NCBI GenBank assembly: GCA_951406725.2 | Contig: OX597814.1 | Location: forward strand, 199,454,001-199,518,000 | Reading direction: 5' to 3' | DNA: 64,000 nucleotides | From: Octopus vulgaris | Taxonomy: Eukaryota | Shown here: positions 26,409 to 41,211 of the stretch, piece after piece | Numbering within the stretch: position 1 is the first letter of the stretch | How the letters are laid out: each line of letters begins with the position of its first letter | Position numbers and translations under genes: made by a program | Notes under the pieces: generated by a model | Database searches by the model: none | What the model was told of the DNA's origin: nothing | The model's input: only the letters and a program-made list of their open reading frames with translations

Positions 26409-26640
26409 AGGCGGCGAGCTGGCAGAATCGTTAGTGCGCTGGGCGAAATCCTTAGTGGTATTTCGTCTGCCGCTACGTTCTGAGTTCAAATTCCACCTAG
26501 GTTGACTTTGCCTTTCATCCTTTCGAGGTCGATTAAATAAGTACCAGTTACGCACTGAGGTCGATATAATCGACTTAATCCGTTTGTCTGTCCTTGTTTA
26601 TCCTCTCTGTGTTTAGCCCCTTGTGGGTAATAAAGAAATA
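26409..26640 (+). mobile_element. SINE family A, full length
   Basis: 17-bp TSD GGTGAAATTTAGCAGTC at 26389-26405 and 26641-26657. Confidence 0.92.
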
Positions 26641-27109
26641 GGTGAAATTTAGCAGTCATCAACGTTTGGATGTTCTATATCACATTTGTTGTTGTGGAGA
26701 GTATTGACGACCCTGCTGGTTTTAGAAGTCCAGTCTCTGAAATGATTAGCACGTTGACCATGTATCTCCGGTCAGGTGTTATGCGTCGCGCAGAATGGAG
26801 CACCCTGTTGTACATCGTCCGGTGATACAATGGTCAGGACTCGCATTCTAAATTATTATTCGATTTCACTTTTTAAATTAGAATTAAATTGTCTGAAAGA
26901 AGTTGTTCTTCATAGAAAAGCAACACATTCGTGTTCAAATCTGTCGAAATACAAGTCGCGTTTTGATTTTCGCTGTTCTTCGTGCACTTTACGACTTTAT
27001 AATTCGTTTCTAGAAAAGATAAGTTCTGTTTACAAATATTTGAGAGTGAACTAAGTGAGACTAATGAGTGAGAAATTAATCAGCTAACAGCAAGGCTTGT
27101 GAAAATACT

Positions 27110-27478
27110 TGGCGCAGGAGCGGCTGCGTGGTAAAAAGGTTGCTTGCCAACCACATGGTTCCGGGTTCAGTCCCACTGCATGGCTCCTTGGGCAAGTGTC
27201 TTCTACTATAGCCCCGGGTTGACCCAAACCTTGTGAGTGGATTTGGTACACGGAAACTGGAAGAAGCTCGTCGTGTGTGTGTGTGTGTGTTTACCTCCAT
27301 CATCGCTTCACAACTGATGTTTGTGTGTTTACGTCCCCGTAACTTAGCGGCTCGACAAAAGAGACCGCAAAAATAAGTACTAGGCTTACAAAGAGTAAGT
27401 CTTGGGGTCGATTTGTTCGACTGAAGGCGGTGCTCCAGCCTAGCCGCACTCAAATGACTGAAACAAGTAAAAGAATAA
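27110..27478 (+). mobile_element. SINE family B
   Basis: Full-length homolog. Confidence 0.88.
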
Positions 27479-27483
27479 AAGAA

Positions 27484-28468
27484 GGATCTTTTCCTTTTCA
27501 TGGGCAGCTCGATTAATTATTTTTCTTTAACTTAACACTTTGAAACTTCGGTTACTGGTAGAATGTGTCATATATAACATATTTTACTGTTATTATTGCT
27601 GAGAAAAATTTCTATTTACGAAGTTATTTCGTGTTAAAGTTGTATATCGGGTAAGTTCAACCAATCATTGACGTGTATTCAGCTGAATAAAATGACTGCT
27701 GTTGTTTGTCAACAAAAACTATTAGCAGTATATATTTCGTCTGTCACTGTTATTTATGATAACATTCGTGCGTTTGTACTGGTTTCAGCTTTAAAATTTT
27801 ACAAATTATTCTACTTAAGGTTAAGGTTTTAGAGTTAGGGTTTTTCGGGTTCGGGTATCAGGGTTAGGGTTACGGAAAGAAGTGAAAAACGAAGAAATTA
27901 GAGGGGGAGGAGTAAGGGGACAAAAAATTTCAAAACTCCGATTTTTGACAATTTTCCGGAATCTCCGTATCCAAAAAGCTGAGGTTTTTTTTGCAAAAAA
28001 TGTTTAAAAAAAACGATAATTTGAAAGAAAATTGGGGGTGGGGACGGGAGGAAGTCTTTCCAAAAATAGTAGCTGAAAAGTGAGAAAAAAAAATGACCTA
28101 AAAGCAGTAGAAATGCACGAATGATTATGGTGGTGTCATGAAGTAAACATGCTTCGTTTATTCATTCGAACGTAACTGAGATGAAATATGTCATAAATAA
28201 CAGTGACAAACGAAATATACACCGCTGGAAGTTGTTGTTGACAAACAACAGTAGTAATTTTATTCAGCTGAATACACGTGATTGATTGGTTGAAATTACC
28301 GAAATACGACAACTTTAACATGAAATAACTTCGAAAACAGAAACTTTTCTCAACAACGCTAAGGGTAAAAGATGCTTCATATGACACATTCTACCAGTAT
28401 CCGAAGTTTCAAGGTGTTTAATTAAAGAAAATTAATTAATCAAGTTGCCCATCAAAAGGAAAAAATCC
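27484..28468. mobile_element. Long-TIR member of the GG-ended DNA transposon family
   Basis: About 285-bp imperfect inverted arms (27484-27770 / 28183-28468); TSD TAAAAGAA/TAAACGAA; degenerate (TTAGGG)n at 27816-27872. Confidence 0.8.
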
Positions 28469-30850
28469 TAAACGAATATATATATATATATATATATATT
28501 GCAGAAAATAAAGGAATTTTCGAACGCATGATGGCTGTGAATACCATCTCCCTCCTCTCGACACTTCTAAGTTTATTTACAATATGTATGTGTGAGGGGT
28601 TTTAGTTACTACCGGAAATGTGAACAAATTACAGACGGGATTTTTTTCTTTAGGATGGCTTTTGATGCCTGTAGATATTGCACTTGTCGGTTGTAAATTA
28701 GTTGTAGCTAGAACGCTATTACGGTTGTATGTGATTTGAGTTTCATTTTCCGTTTGTACAAAGAGAAAATTACAATCATTCATATTAGAACCGTAGGCTA
28801 TGTATTATGAAAAGTCAATAAACTTCAAAATTTTTTATGTTTTCTACTAACACAGTAATTTAAGGGTTTATGAAGTAAATATTTCAATGTCTTACACTTC
28901 TAATGAGATATATATTAATGTTCATTACAAATGCTGGTATCCAGAGGAAAAGAAATTATCTTTTACAAACACTCTTAAAATTTGTAATCAGCAATTGGGG
29001 AAATATTCTTGGAAAAAAACATTATTTAGGGTAACTGTTTCCAATTATTTAGTTTTCTCAATAATAATTAGGCGTTTGCCTAATTGAAGTAATCAAATAA
29101 AAATAGATTCAAGAATATCTAAAAGTTAAAATTGCCTTTTATTGAATTTTAAGAACAAATTTTCAAATTGGCAGACTAATTTCTTGTGTTGGCAAATTGA
29201 CAAATAAAAAGTCAGAAGAACATGGTTGTTTAAAACAACAGAAAGTCAGAATTATTACTTGCAAAAGTATTCAACGTATTGAACACACCAGAAGTCATTA
29301 CAAGTTTTTTAAATGAGCGCCACTAACTTTTTATTTGTAGTAACAACGATTTCAAGTTATTGTTTTGTATGTCTTTAATTAATGAAATATATTTCGTTGA
29401 GATATTTAATAATCAGTTGTTGTTTTTTTTCTATTCTTCAGTTTTAAATTTTAGTTTTTATCAATATTTAGTTCAGAATAATATAGGAAATAGCGAGAAG
29501 ATATCAAACTGATGCCCCTAGCTACATCTCTCCCTCTCACCTTTTTACAAAATACAAGTATATACGCCTGTCGTAATCTTTATAAGGTATTTATTTTTGC
29601 GACTACAGAAAGAATACATAAATATTATCGTTTATTATGAGCTGCCATAGTAAGTAACTCTGTTGTTTCGACAGTGTTATCTGCTTGCTTGTTTACGATG
29701 TTTTCAGGTGGTGAGTATATAGATATCGAACAATGTAAATGAGAGAATAAACTTTCAACAGAATGACAAAATAAAAATATTGTATGTTTTAATATGCAGG
29801 AAATGATTTGACACTTTAATAAATTTCTCAAATGCCTTTGCAACGAAAGAGAAGGGAAAAGGCTCCAGTCAGATTTTAACTGAAGTCTGTTTAATAGATT
29901 ATTTCTCTTTATAAGACTTTGACGTTTTGTTTTTTGGATAAATCATTATTATTTCTATGAGAGCCGTCCTATAATCATAGGTAATTGGGCAACTTACCGT
30001 TATTTATGCCTATTTATGCTTTGGGCTCAAATTTTGAAGTCGCAGTTGAAACAGATTAAGAACTTAGGTCAATCTACTCGACTTCCACCTCACCAAAAGT
30101 TTGTGGCTATTTTGTAAATCATTATCGCTTAAATACAATACAATATTGTATTTTAAGGCATCGATGACTCTGCATACAGGTTGGATTATATTCCTCACTA
30201 TCCCAGCTAATATTTCCTGAACAAGAACTGAAATCAACAATTAAAGCTTATGAAATCACACATCGATTGCCAGCGATCGTCTGCCTATTTCTTATGCGCC
30301 GATAGCAAGTGTAATAAGGATTTCTCATCAGAGCCCGAAGCCGTATCGTTTATACACGGGAGAGGTAAAGGCGGCGAATTGGCAGACACACTAGGACGGT
30401 ATCTTTTCCGGCTATTTACTTCCTGAGTTTAAATTCCCTGAAGATCGGCTTTGCCTTTCATCCTTCTGGAGTTGACCGGGTTTGCGGAAGTATTAGAGAA
30501 CTGGACAAAATGCTTTGTGGTGTTTCTTCTGGTTCTTTACATTCAGAGTTGACACATATGTCTGGGAAATCTTACTGTCTCTAACCAAAAGACAGATCTC
30601 GTAAGAATAATCTAAAGCGGACAACTAGAAACCGGTTTGAGATTTTTCTTCCAGAATTCCATGTCATGCACATGTATATGTCAAGGAAATCGGTATGACT
30701 TATTATTCGAGATGGGAGCGCAAAGAAGATCGTTCATTATATCGACTTCTTTTATATAACTGGGCATTTATTTCAACTGAAATATAAAAGGCAAAATCGA
30801 TAGTCGAATTCAGACCGTCAAGTGGCTTATTTGAATATAGCAAGGCATTC

Positions 30851-31000
30851 TCTCCTTGTTTCTTTCTGTGTTCCTTTGTGTGGAAGAGCGTAGGCTCGAA
30901 ACGTTAAAGACTTTTTCAATTCCCGAGCGTTATACTAATACATCTGTTTGTTTTCTACACCACTTGTCTTCGTCTTTTGTTTTTTTGCGAATTCTCCCCA
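30851..31000 (+). mobile_element. PLE-type terminal repeat fragment with degenerate HHR
   Basis: CTTT-GTGTGGA-A-GAGC-gtag-GCTC-GAAAC-GT-T-AAAG; homolog of 12555-12722. Confidence 0.6.
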
Positions 31001-31984
31001 TATTACCCACCTCCCTACAAACTCTGTCATACATCGCCCTAACAGTAGCTATACTGATTTCTAAGATTGGTTCAAGGCCACATTTTTGTAAAAAAAAAAA
31101 AAGAAGATAGTCTATCGATCGTGATTATCTGATACTTCGTTTTCTTGATCCCGGAAGGAGGAGGTTAAACTCACAACATAAAGAACCGTATCCAAAGGCA
31201 GCAAAGCCTTTTATCAAGTGCTGTCTCGAATCTATCATCTGCTACTGTAACACTAATGTTATATTTTTAAATAAAAGAAAATAATATATACCACATGAAG
31301 AAAAGTCATGTAAAACTGCTTATATTCACGTTCACCAGTAGTGCTAGTTCAAGAAAAAAATCCAGTAAAATTCCCTTAATCACCAAAATATATACAAATA
31401 TATTGTAAGTATTACGGCAAAACATAGCATTAGTGAAATAAAATGACTACACCATAAAATCCGAATCAGATTGCAGAGCAGTAATAAACGTTGTTGCTAA
31501 ATGATATATTCAAGGGTGAATATGAGCCGTCGTCGTAGCAACAGTAGTTAGCGGTTTTCTTCCATATTTTTAATATGCAGCGAACATCAGCAGCAGCTAG
31601 TCCGACATAAGATACACGCACGTAATAATTTCAATGAAACCTAATATCAAATAAAGATACAGAAATTGCATAACAAGAATGCAATTATTGTTGCTGTCTT
31701 ACTTTACAAAAACGGGAACACACTAAGATACAATCACTACATATATCAATGAAACAACATCGTGTCCGCCCTCCCTCATATAAACAGGTAACCTAAACCG
31801 GTAACCTAGTCCTCATCATTACTGATGATCTTTCCAGACGACCGCACCCGTTCAACATTACAAAAACTGCATCACAGAACTAACCTTCCTCTTCAGAGTT
31901 TTAGAAAAATACTTCATTAGCCAACAACGTCTATCACTTTACGAAGTTTAAATCAGACTCCTAATGGATTACTATTCTAATACC

Positions 31985-32570
31985 TATTTCTTTACGATCC
32001 ACAGAGAGGACAAACAACGACAGACAAACGGATTAAGTCGATTATATCGACCCCAGTGCGTAACTGGTACTTATTTAATCGACCCCGAAAGGATGAAAGT
32101 CAAAGTCGACCTCGGCGGAATTTGAACTCAGAACGTAGCGGCAGACGAAATACCTATTTCTTTACTACCCACAAGGGGCTAAACACAGAGGGGACGAACA
32201 AGGACAGACAAACGGATTAGGTCGATTATATCGACCCCAGTGCGTAACTGGGACTTATTTAATCGACCCCGAAAGGATGAAAGGCAAAGTCGACCTCGGA
32301 GGAATTTTGAACTCGGAACGTAGCGGCAGACGAAATGCCTATTTCTTCACTACCCACAAGGGGCTAAACACAGATGGGACGAACAAGGACAGACAAACGG
32401 ATTAGGTCGATTATATCGACCCCAGTGCGTAACTGGGACTTATTTAATCGACCCCGAAAGGATGAAAGGCAAAGTCGACCGCGGCGGAATTTGAACTCAG
32501 AACGTAGCGGCAGACGAAATACCGCTAAGCATTTCGCCTGGCGTGATAACGTTTCTGCCAGCTCGCCGCC
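31985..32570 (-). mobile_element. SINE family A trimer (one head, three bodies)
   Basis: Three bodies; one TSD TACT(A/G)TTCTAATACCT at 31970-31985 and 32574-32589. Confidence 0.92.
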
Positions 32571-33384
32571 TTATACTGTTCTAATACCTGGGACTGTGTT
32601 GCTGCTGCTGCCACTCATGAAAATTCCAGACCCACGCTCCAAAAAACGAGCAACCGTCTGATTGTCACGAAATCGCTCTCTCTGTTACCACTATTTTCCG
32701 TTTCGACATCACCACTGTGGCGTCTACTTCTCGGAACTGCTTGGTCGTGTGCTGTTGTCAATTTGACACTCTCAACCTTCCCGTCATGCATTTTGTGCTA
32801 ACCCACATGGTTCCATGAAGTAATCACTTCGGCCAGAACTTCCAATTTTAAAAGTCAGTCCTCTGGAAATTTCGACCTGATGCCAGCAATTTGTAGTTGT
32901 TCAAGAGGGGGCAATAATTACATCGATATCATTTGTTTCGGAGGACTTGCGAAGGCTACAGGCACTGTCTTCTTTTAAAACCAAGCCATAAAAAATTTCT
33001 GTAGTGCACTTTTCTGCTATTTTAAGGTTATCAGTGACATTAGCATGGGATGTGTATTTACGTTTATACGATATTATATTACCGTTTATAAATAGCATAT
33101 CCTTTTCCGATTGTATCCTGTTATGGAACTGACATAGTTGTCATAATACAATAGGGCTGATTCTCTGGAATGATTTCCATTTCCTTTTGTTGTATGGATG
33201 AAACCTGTAAATTTGGACCGAATGCTAAATGCCTTCATTTCTAAGGGTGTCTGTGGTCGAAAGGAAGTGGAAATGGCTTCGTTGATAAAGCGAAATCAGG
33301 TTCTTCGATTAAGAAAAATATTCGATCAAACTCTAAGCCAAGAGATAAAGTAAATTACTTTGTAATATTGTTTCGAACTGTAAG

Positions 33385-33585
33385 GCAGAAAGATAGCAGA
33401 ACCGTTAGCACGTCAGGCAAAACGCTGTCTTCACGTTCCAAGTTCAAATTCCGCCGAGGTCAACTTCGCCTTTCATTCTTCTAGGGTCGTTAAGATTAGT
33501 ACCAGTTTGAGCACTTGGATCGATGTAATCAACTTAACCCTTCCTCGAAATTGCTGGCCTTGTGCCAAAATTTTAAACCAATATT
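33385..33585 (+). mobile_element. SINE family A, diverged, alternative tail
   Basis: B-box, central domain, tail GGCCTTGTGCCAAAATTT. Confidence 0.7.
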
Positions 33586-33890
33586 ATTTCGAATACCATC
33601 TCTACATTATATGTTTCTGAAGTAATTTTTAATGTATAACAAATAGTTAATTGGAGACTGTTGTTTCGAAGTGTACAAAGAATCTGCTTCAAAATGTAAC
33701 CAGAAGACAGATTTTATAGTATTAGATATTTATGATTGTACTGGAAAGTATACATTCAGACCAAACCACATTCGGTAACATTTTAAAAAGCATCTCCTAG
33801 TAGTACCAACATGCTATAGCCATGTTCCCTACGTACCCTCTCTTTCTTCTGATGACAAAACGGCCTCCTCTCCTTTGAAATATTTAATTC

Positions 33891-34113
33891 TTATTTCTTC
33901 ATTGTCCACAAGGGGCTAAACATAGAGGGGACAAACAAGGACAGACAAACGGATTAAGTCGATTATATTGACCCCAGTGCGTAACTGGGGTCAATCCGAA
34001 AGGATGAAAGGCAAAGTTGACCTCAGCGGAATTTGAACTCAGAACGTAGTGGCAGACGAAATACCACTAAGAATTTCGCCCGGCGTGCTAACGTTTTTGC
34101 CAGCTGGCAGCCT
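33891..34113 (-). mobile_element. SINE family A
   Basis: Homolog with a small internal deletion. Confidence 0.85.
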
Positions 34114-34406
34114 TATATTTAATATATGAAATATTTAATTCTGTAACGTCCACCAACCTGTTTATTCGATACTCCCACACTTTATCTCCCTCCTTATCTT
34201 ACTATGCCTACGGATGGCACCCCTAAAGATACATTTTTATTAAATAGTTCTACAGGAAGGTTCTGTGCTCATGACTTTCGCATGCTCTTTGAAACTAATG
34301 AGATTAAAGCGGTTCCTTTTGAACGCTTGCAAGTTAATGCCTGCGGGAAAAGCATTTGCAAGGAGAATGGCTTTAGAAGATCAACGTTCTGGGGGTAGAA
34401 GAACTA

Positions 34407-35005
34407 TTTCTTTACTACCCACAAGGGATTAAACACAGGGGGGACAAACAAGGACAGTGCGTAACTGGTACTTATTTAATCGACTCGAAAGGATGAAAGG
34501 CAAAGTCGACCTCGGCCGAATTTGAACTCGGAACGTAACGGCAGACGAAATACCTATTTCTTTATTACCCACAAGGGGCTAAACACAGAGGGGGACAAAC
34601 AAGGACAGACAAAGGGATTAAGCCGATTATATCGACCCCAGTGCGTAACTGGTACTTATTTAATCGACCCCGAAAGGATAAAAGGCAAAGTCGACCTCGG
34701 CGGAATTTGAACTCAGAACGTAACGGCAGACGAAATACGGCTGCGCATTTCGCCCAGCGTGCTAACGTTTCTGCCAGCTCACCGCCTTCTTGATTTTATA
34801 CTCTAGGCACAAGGCTCGAAATTTTTGGGGACTGACCCACTCGAGTAGACCAACGCCAGTGTTCAACTAATACTTGCTTTATCGATCTCGAAAGGATGAA
34901 AGGAAAAGTCGACCTCGGCGGAATTTGAACTCAGAACGTAACAGCAGACGAAATACCGCAAAGCATTTCGCCCGGCGTACTAACGTTTCTGCCAGCTCGC
35001 CGCCC
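34407..35005 (-). mobile_element. SINE family A cluster (dimer plus alternative-tail monomer)
   Basis: Three bodies, two heads (ending near 34787 and 35004). Confidence 0.85.
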
Positions 35006-35309
35006 TAAAGTATGTAAATATCATGAGGGTAGCGAGAGGAAAAGAGATGAGTAGTTGAGGGCGCCTGAGTAGAGGTTACATGAAGCTAACTCGCTCCGAG
35101 GAACAACGATAGAAAAGTCAAACGCAAGTGGGAGGTAGTCAGTCAGTTTGTAGGAGAGAAGGTGTCACTTGCAGAAATCCACGCTAAGTCCCTTCGCCGG
35201 TTTTAAAACACCTGCAGTAGGATTCGGTGTGGTTCCTTCTCCGCACACGACTCATAAAAATAAAATCGCGGTGCAGTTTCATATAAACCGCTATCTGTTT
35301 TATAGGATA

Positions 35310-35693
35310 CTAGCAGTATCGCCCGGCGTTGCTCAGATTTGTAAGGGAAATAACTATAAAGTATTTTTAGAGAGTTATAGCCAAAAAATAGCAAAAAAAT
35401 GGAAAAAATGATGGTAAATTTTTTTTTGAGATTTAAAAAAGGTGGAGTTGCGTCCCCTAGACAGTTTGTGGTTCGTGTTTCTGATTCTGGACCCCATGTC
35501 GAATTTATCGATATTTTTCAGAACTGGGGGAACTTTTCAAAATTTTCGATGCGTTAGTTTTGAATTATGACATTGGGCTATATGTGTGTCAAGTTTCATC
35601 AGAATCGGTTGAAAGCCGTGGTCAGGGTGAGGGTACAAGCAAACAGACACACAGAAACACGCACAGACAAACTGCCGTTTATATAGAGAGAGA
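35310..35693 (-). mobile_element. Non-autonomous Helitron, second subfamily
   Basis: Minus strand TC start and GAGCAACGCCGGGCGATACTGCTAG end between A and T; interior differs from the 22480 family. Confidence 0.78.
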
Positions 35694-36094
35694 TTAATTT
35701 AATGATTTAATCTACCGAGGTTTAGAATATTGCAACAAACAAATCAACTAGAATCTTGCAACAGTTGCGATAGATCTGGCGAGATAGACAGAAGATTACA
35801 TTGCTAAAAGGACCAGCTGCTGCTGCTGCTGCTGGCTAGTCAGCAATTATTAAAAGAAATTGTTATAACCGTTCTTTGGTGATATTTAGTTGGGGATTCT
35901 TAACTTCCGCAGATCCACTTGAACAAAATTCGCCTATGGTTATTTCTAATTGGTTGCTAGGTTACCGACCAAGTCATTAGATCATTCAGCATTTAATTCT
36001 ATTCTCACATATATCATATATTTTTCACATACGTTTATTTATACTATAATGTTTGTGTGTGTATACTATAATATCTGTGTATATAATGTTGTGT

Positions 36095-36532
36095 GTGTAC
36101 ACTCACACACACACACACACACATATATATATAAGTACATACATATATATCTACAGATATATATATATATATCTAAATACATACATATATATACATATAT
36201 ATATACATACATATATACATATATATATACCTAAATACATATATGTATATACATATATATATATACCTAAATATATATATATATACCTAAATACATATAT
36301 ATATATATACCTAAATATATATATACATATATATCTAAATACGTACATATATATATACACACACACACATATATATATACAAATACATATTTATAAATAC
36401 ATACATGCATGTATTCATACATATGTATACACATACATATATATATGTGTGTGTGTGTGTATATATATATATAAATAAATACATATATATGTATACATAC
36501 ATACACACAAACTCCTATGTGTGCGTGTGTGT
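36095..36532. repeat. (TA/CA)n microsatellite with recurring (C/T)CTAAATA units
   Basis: Direct reading. Confidence 0.95.
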
Positions 36533-37861
36533 ATTTTAAGCGTACAATATGTGTGCACGCAATGGAAAGTCTGCCACCTACACAGAAGACGTTGCGTCTA
36601 AGTGTTCCTATGACTTATATTTAATACGAGAAAACTGATTACTTGACTTCATATCTACTGGGTTATATGACTGTTAAATACAATATATGGCTGCATAATG
36701 TACAGCTTCGATGATAAAAGAAGATTATACGAACTATTGTTAGAGCTCATACAGTATTTCAACTATATCCTATATCAATGGAGATGTTTCAATCATCTGA
36801 TAAACGATGATATTGCTGAACTATTCTTATTTCTATATTAAATGTTTAGTTTCGTATTTTGTTCGGAAGAGTCAGTAATTCATTTTCCATTACATGCAAT
36901 GATAATTTAATTTGTAGATTTATTGATATTTTAACAGACATTATTTGCCAAGAGCTGGAATTTATTCTCTTCTAATATGTTACTATCACATCCACAACAA
37001 GCTAGATTATGAAGCTTCGGTATCGTGTATTTTAATAGAGATTATATGTCTCAAGTGTATAGGAAATAAAGATGATCCCTATTTTAATACTAGATATAAC
37101 GATAAAGTAGAGATAGGCAATTGAAGTCCTGTTATCGAAGAAGAGCCGTTGGTCATTCCTCTAAAATCCTTATAAACATTTATGATTTCTGATTAACCTT
37201 TGACAAACCAATACTCGCTTTCTCCCATCTCATACTGTCTAAAGATTCTTTCTGTAAACATGCTCGTAAACAATTATCATTTCTGATGAACTTATAAGCA
37301 GTTATGAACTTATTTTACTGCCTATTTTGAACACTTTTATGTAAGCTGTTTAAACACAAAGCCTCTCTTAACATTTTCTTATCATTGTCAAATACTTTAT
37401 TCCTTCACATTCTCTTATAATTGTCAAACGCTCTATCGCTGTGCTTTAATACATCTATATTAGCTAATTTTTAACACCACAAATATTACACAAAGCCTTA
37501 CACATTACTTTTGAAAATTTTTTTTAAACAAAAGTGAAACCGGTCAAGTCAATAAACATCTTTAAATGACCTCTGCATTTTCAAATCCGCTTCTCTCTAT
37601 ATATTTTCACTCGTGCGGTACCTTCCATTTTTACTTTGTTTATATATATATATATAAAATAAAATACAAAACGTGACAAGAACGCAAAACATCCGGACAA
37701 CTAGGTAATACAAAAAGGGACAATAAAACATCACGATAGACGATACAAAAAAACAAGGACGGGTCATTCGAATCCTTTTATCTTCAGTCAAGAACCGGAT
37801 CATCCTCGCAATTTCGGCTGATTAATCTTGAGATTGCTCCAATCTGACCAGCCCCAAGGAA

Positions 37862-38353
<492 letters not shown>

Positions 38354-38355
<2 letters not shown>

Positions 38356-38653
38356 GAATGTCTTGTTACGACACCGAATACTACATTTTTAGCCTTGAGA
38401 GATCCTCTCAAATAGGAACTTGGTGCATAAAAACGCACAGATCGTAGCAAATGAGAATCGCCTGTCATAGGTGCTGCAACTTACATATCACGTGATTTCA
38501 CTCTGCTGGAAATCACCAGTGGGTATCCCGGCGCTCATGACGGACGATTTTTGTTTGCTGTGATCTGTGTGTACATTTATGCACCAAGTGCCTATTTATA
38601 AGGATCTCTCAAGGCTAATTGTGCAATATTCAATATTGTAAGAAGACGTCCAT
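38354..38653. repeat. Imperfect fold-back inverted repeat (MITE-like)
   Basis: About 120-bp arms, e.g. TTAGCCTTGAGAGATCCT/AGGATCTCTCAAGGCTAA and ACTTGGTGCATAAA/TTTATGCACCAAGT. Confidence 0.8.
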
Positions 38654-38723
38654 AGTTAAGTTGGATATAAAGATTACCTTTTGGTATTAATATTGCTTCT
38701 GGCTGCAATAATCAATTTATAAT

Positions 38724-39111
38724 ATTTTTATAAAGCTGAAGTTGACTGTGTGTGGCAGGTTTGGTAGCCTTCAACTAAAACTATCTCCTCCGAGACCCTG
38801 CGGCATGAGTTGACGAAAATTGAGAGTATGATAGAAGAAGGCTTGCTCTTCCTTCCGTAGAAGAAAAAATTCAAATCGGACCATGTTAACACCAAAATTT
38901 ATTTACATCAAAAAGGTGCTTTTTTTTCTATGAAAATCCCTATTTTTTTACGATTTTTTGACTGCTGTGTCGCCATTTTTCGGTCTATTTCAACCAGAAA
39001 AATGTTACTTATAGAGAATAACAAGCTACATAATGCAAAATTTTTACTTTTCAAAAATTTCAATTCTAAAAGGTCGAAATAAACCCGAGCAACGCCGGGC
39101 GATACTGCTAG
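38724..39111 (+). mobile_element. Non-autonomous Helitron
   Basis: Colinear with 22480-22872; ends CCCGAGCAACGCCGGGCGATACTGCTAG|T. Confidence 0.8.
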
Positions 39112-39623
39112 TTATATATATTTAAATTGGCGAACTTGGTGCTATTTTAATTTTTAATGGAATGTTTCAGAAATGGGAAAGTGTAACTTTTCTGAGTTCA
39201 ATGTTAACATACATAATCAAATAATTTTGTTCTTTATCTTGCATCGTGGTTTATTTTTGTAATTTACTGTAGCGCGAAATAATAATGACAGCAAATACGA
39301 CAAATACACGTCATGTGCTGTTAGAGCTATAAACCCTGTAGCTTTTGTGACTGATTCTCTTCTCTGAAAATTAAAGCTAAAATTTATGCTGCGTAATCGA
39401 TAATTTCTGCTAAAGTTGTTTCAGGTACAATTCAAATATATACATAAACGATTCGGGTCATTGGAATTCATTCGTAAAATCGAAAATTAAACGGGAAACT
39501 AAATTTAAATTTCTATGAAATACTCGGTATTATTTTTATCTTAAATCAATCCAGCTATTTTAAACATATGTCTACCTTGGGTATATGGTATTTAGTAGCA
39601 TTTATGCACAATCTCTCTCTCTC

Positions 39624-39672
<49 letters not shown>

Positions 39673-39883
39673 AACTTTTTGAAAAAGTTCCTACCGATAA
39701 TGGTTATATTTCCATACCGAAAACTACCCGGAAATAATTGTTGATTTTGAAATTAATAATTATTTACCCTTATATTATTAATATATATATATGAACAAAT
39801 GCAGCTATATATTTATCTATGAAGTTACATCCTTAAATTTAAGGTTCCTTCTTTTTACATGTCCCTTTTACAACAGTGATAAT

Positions 39884-40515
39884 ATTGGTTTCAAATCTTT
39901 GCACAAGGCCAGCAATTTCGAGGAAGGGACGAAGTCGATTACATCGATTCCAGCATTTAGCTTGTACTTACTCTACCGACCCCGAAAGGATGAAAAGCAA
40001 AATCGACCTCGGCGGCTTTTGAACTCGGAACGTAAAGACGGACGAAATACCATCGAGCATTTTGACCGGCGTACCAATGATTCTGCTGGCTTGCCTCCTT
40101 GAACAGCGCTGATATAAATATTTTAAAGAATTATTGGAAAATTCGTAATTAAGTTTGGTCTTTTGAAAGTTGCGAAAGTGATTCAGATATATTTTATTGA
40201 TCTTTCATTCCCAGTCAGGTACAAATTCAGAAAATAGAAATTTATAAAAATACATTTGGCTTTGTCGTCGCGTGTTTAAACATTTAATATAAGAGAAAAT
40301 AAGGTGGCGAACAGGCGGAATTGTTGCCGCGTTGAACAAAAGGCTTAGCCGCATTTCTCCGACTTTACGTTCTGAGTTCAAATACTGCCCGTGTCGACTT
40401 CACTTTTCATCCTTTCAAGGTCGATAAAATAAGTACCAGTTGATTACCGGGGTTGATATGATCGACTTACCCACTTCCCAGAAAATGCTGGCCTATACCA
40501 AATATTTAAACCAAT
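39884..40515. mobile_element. Two diverged SINE A copies, head to head (39884-40100 minus; 40302-40515 plus)
   Basis: Central domain and B-box recognisable in both. Confidence 0.72.
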
Positions 40516-41211
40516 ATAAAAGAGCAAGTATAACAGTAATCAATGTTTATTATCGGGACTTTAATTGTTGTCTGTGTGTTATTTACGTAATTAATGTTAA
40601 ACTATGAATTAACGAATTATCAATCTATGAGTTATATTTGATCGGTTACCACTATCTCAGGTGAAAATCTTGTAAAATGGTTCGAGATGTGGTCCATATT
40701 AGTCAACAATGTACGAAGAAAATAGTACATGAATTCAAATGCGTCCTCTGTAAAAGCCAAGTCGAAATTCAGTGAAGATGGTTAAATTCCATTTGCACTG
40801 AGTTGGCTTTCTGGAGCGAATTTACTCTTTTCCATGGACACTCAACCAAGTCATGCCATTAAGTTTCCCTCCCTTATCTCTTGAAGTCAATTGCGTTGGA
40901 GGCCCATTAATGCATGCTCTTGGTCATGAAATGTTGACTGATAAACACTATTGCACTATTCTCTTGATTAATGCTTTCCTTTGAGTTTATGAAACCAAAT
41001 TTCGAATCTGTTTTCACCAATAGGAAATATAAAAGGAAAACTTTTGGGTGATGCAAATGAGATGACTAATGCACTGATCAGAAAGTATATTGTTATCTCG
41101 TCCTCTGGACAGATTTACTGGTGGAAACAAAGCCATGACGCAAACAGTCCTTTCCAAACTCCAAGAAATGTATTGGTTTCCGAATACGTTAGAAATGATT
41201 ATTTGTCAACA

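Noticed and set aside
31985-32570. Regularly repeated units resembling a CRISPR array
   Set aside because: Whole units of about 170-185 bp repeat without unique spacers; these are SINE bodies in eukaryotic DNA, and no cas genes are present.
32660-33330. Possible LTR-retrotransposon remnant
   Set aside because: No diagnostic RT, integrase or LTR motif could be read with confidence.
37640-37860. Minus-strand CTGAAGA and GGCTG...CAGCC-GAAA resembling hammerhead halves
   Set aside because: The two halves are in the wrong order and no helix I closes; possibly a degraded PLE end.
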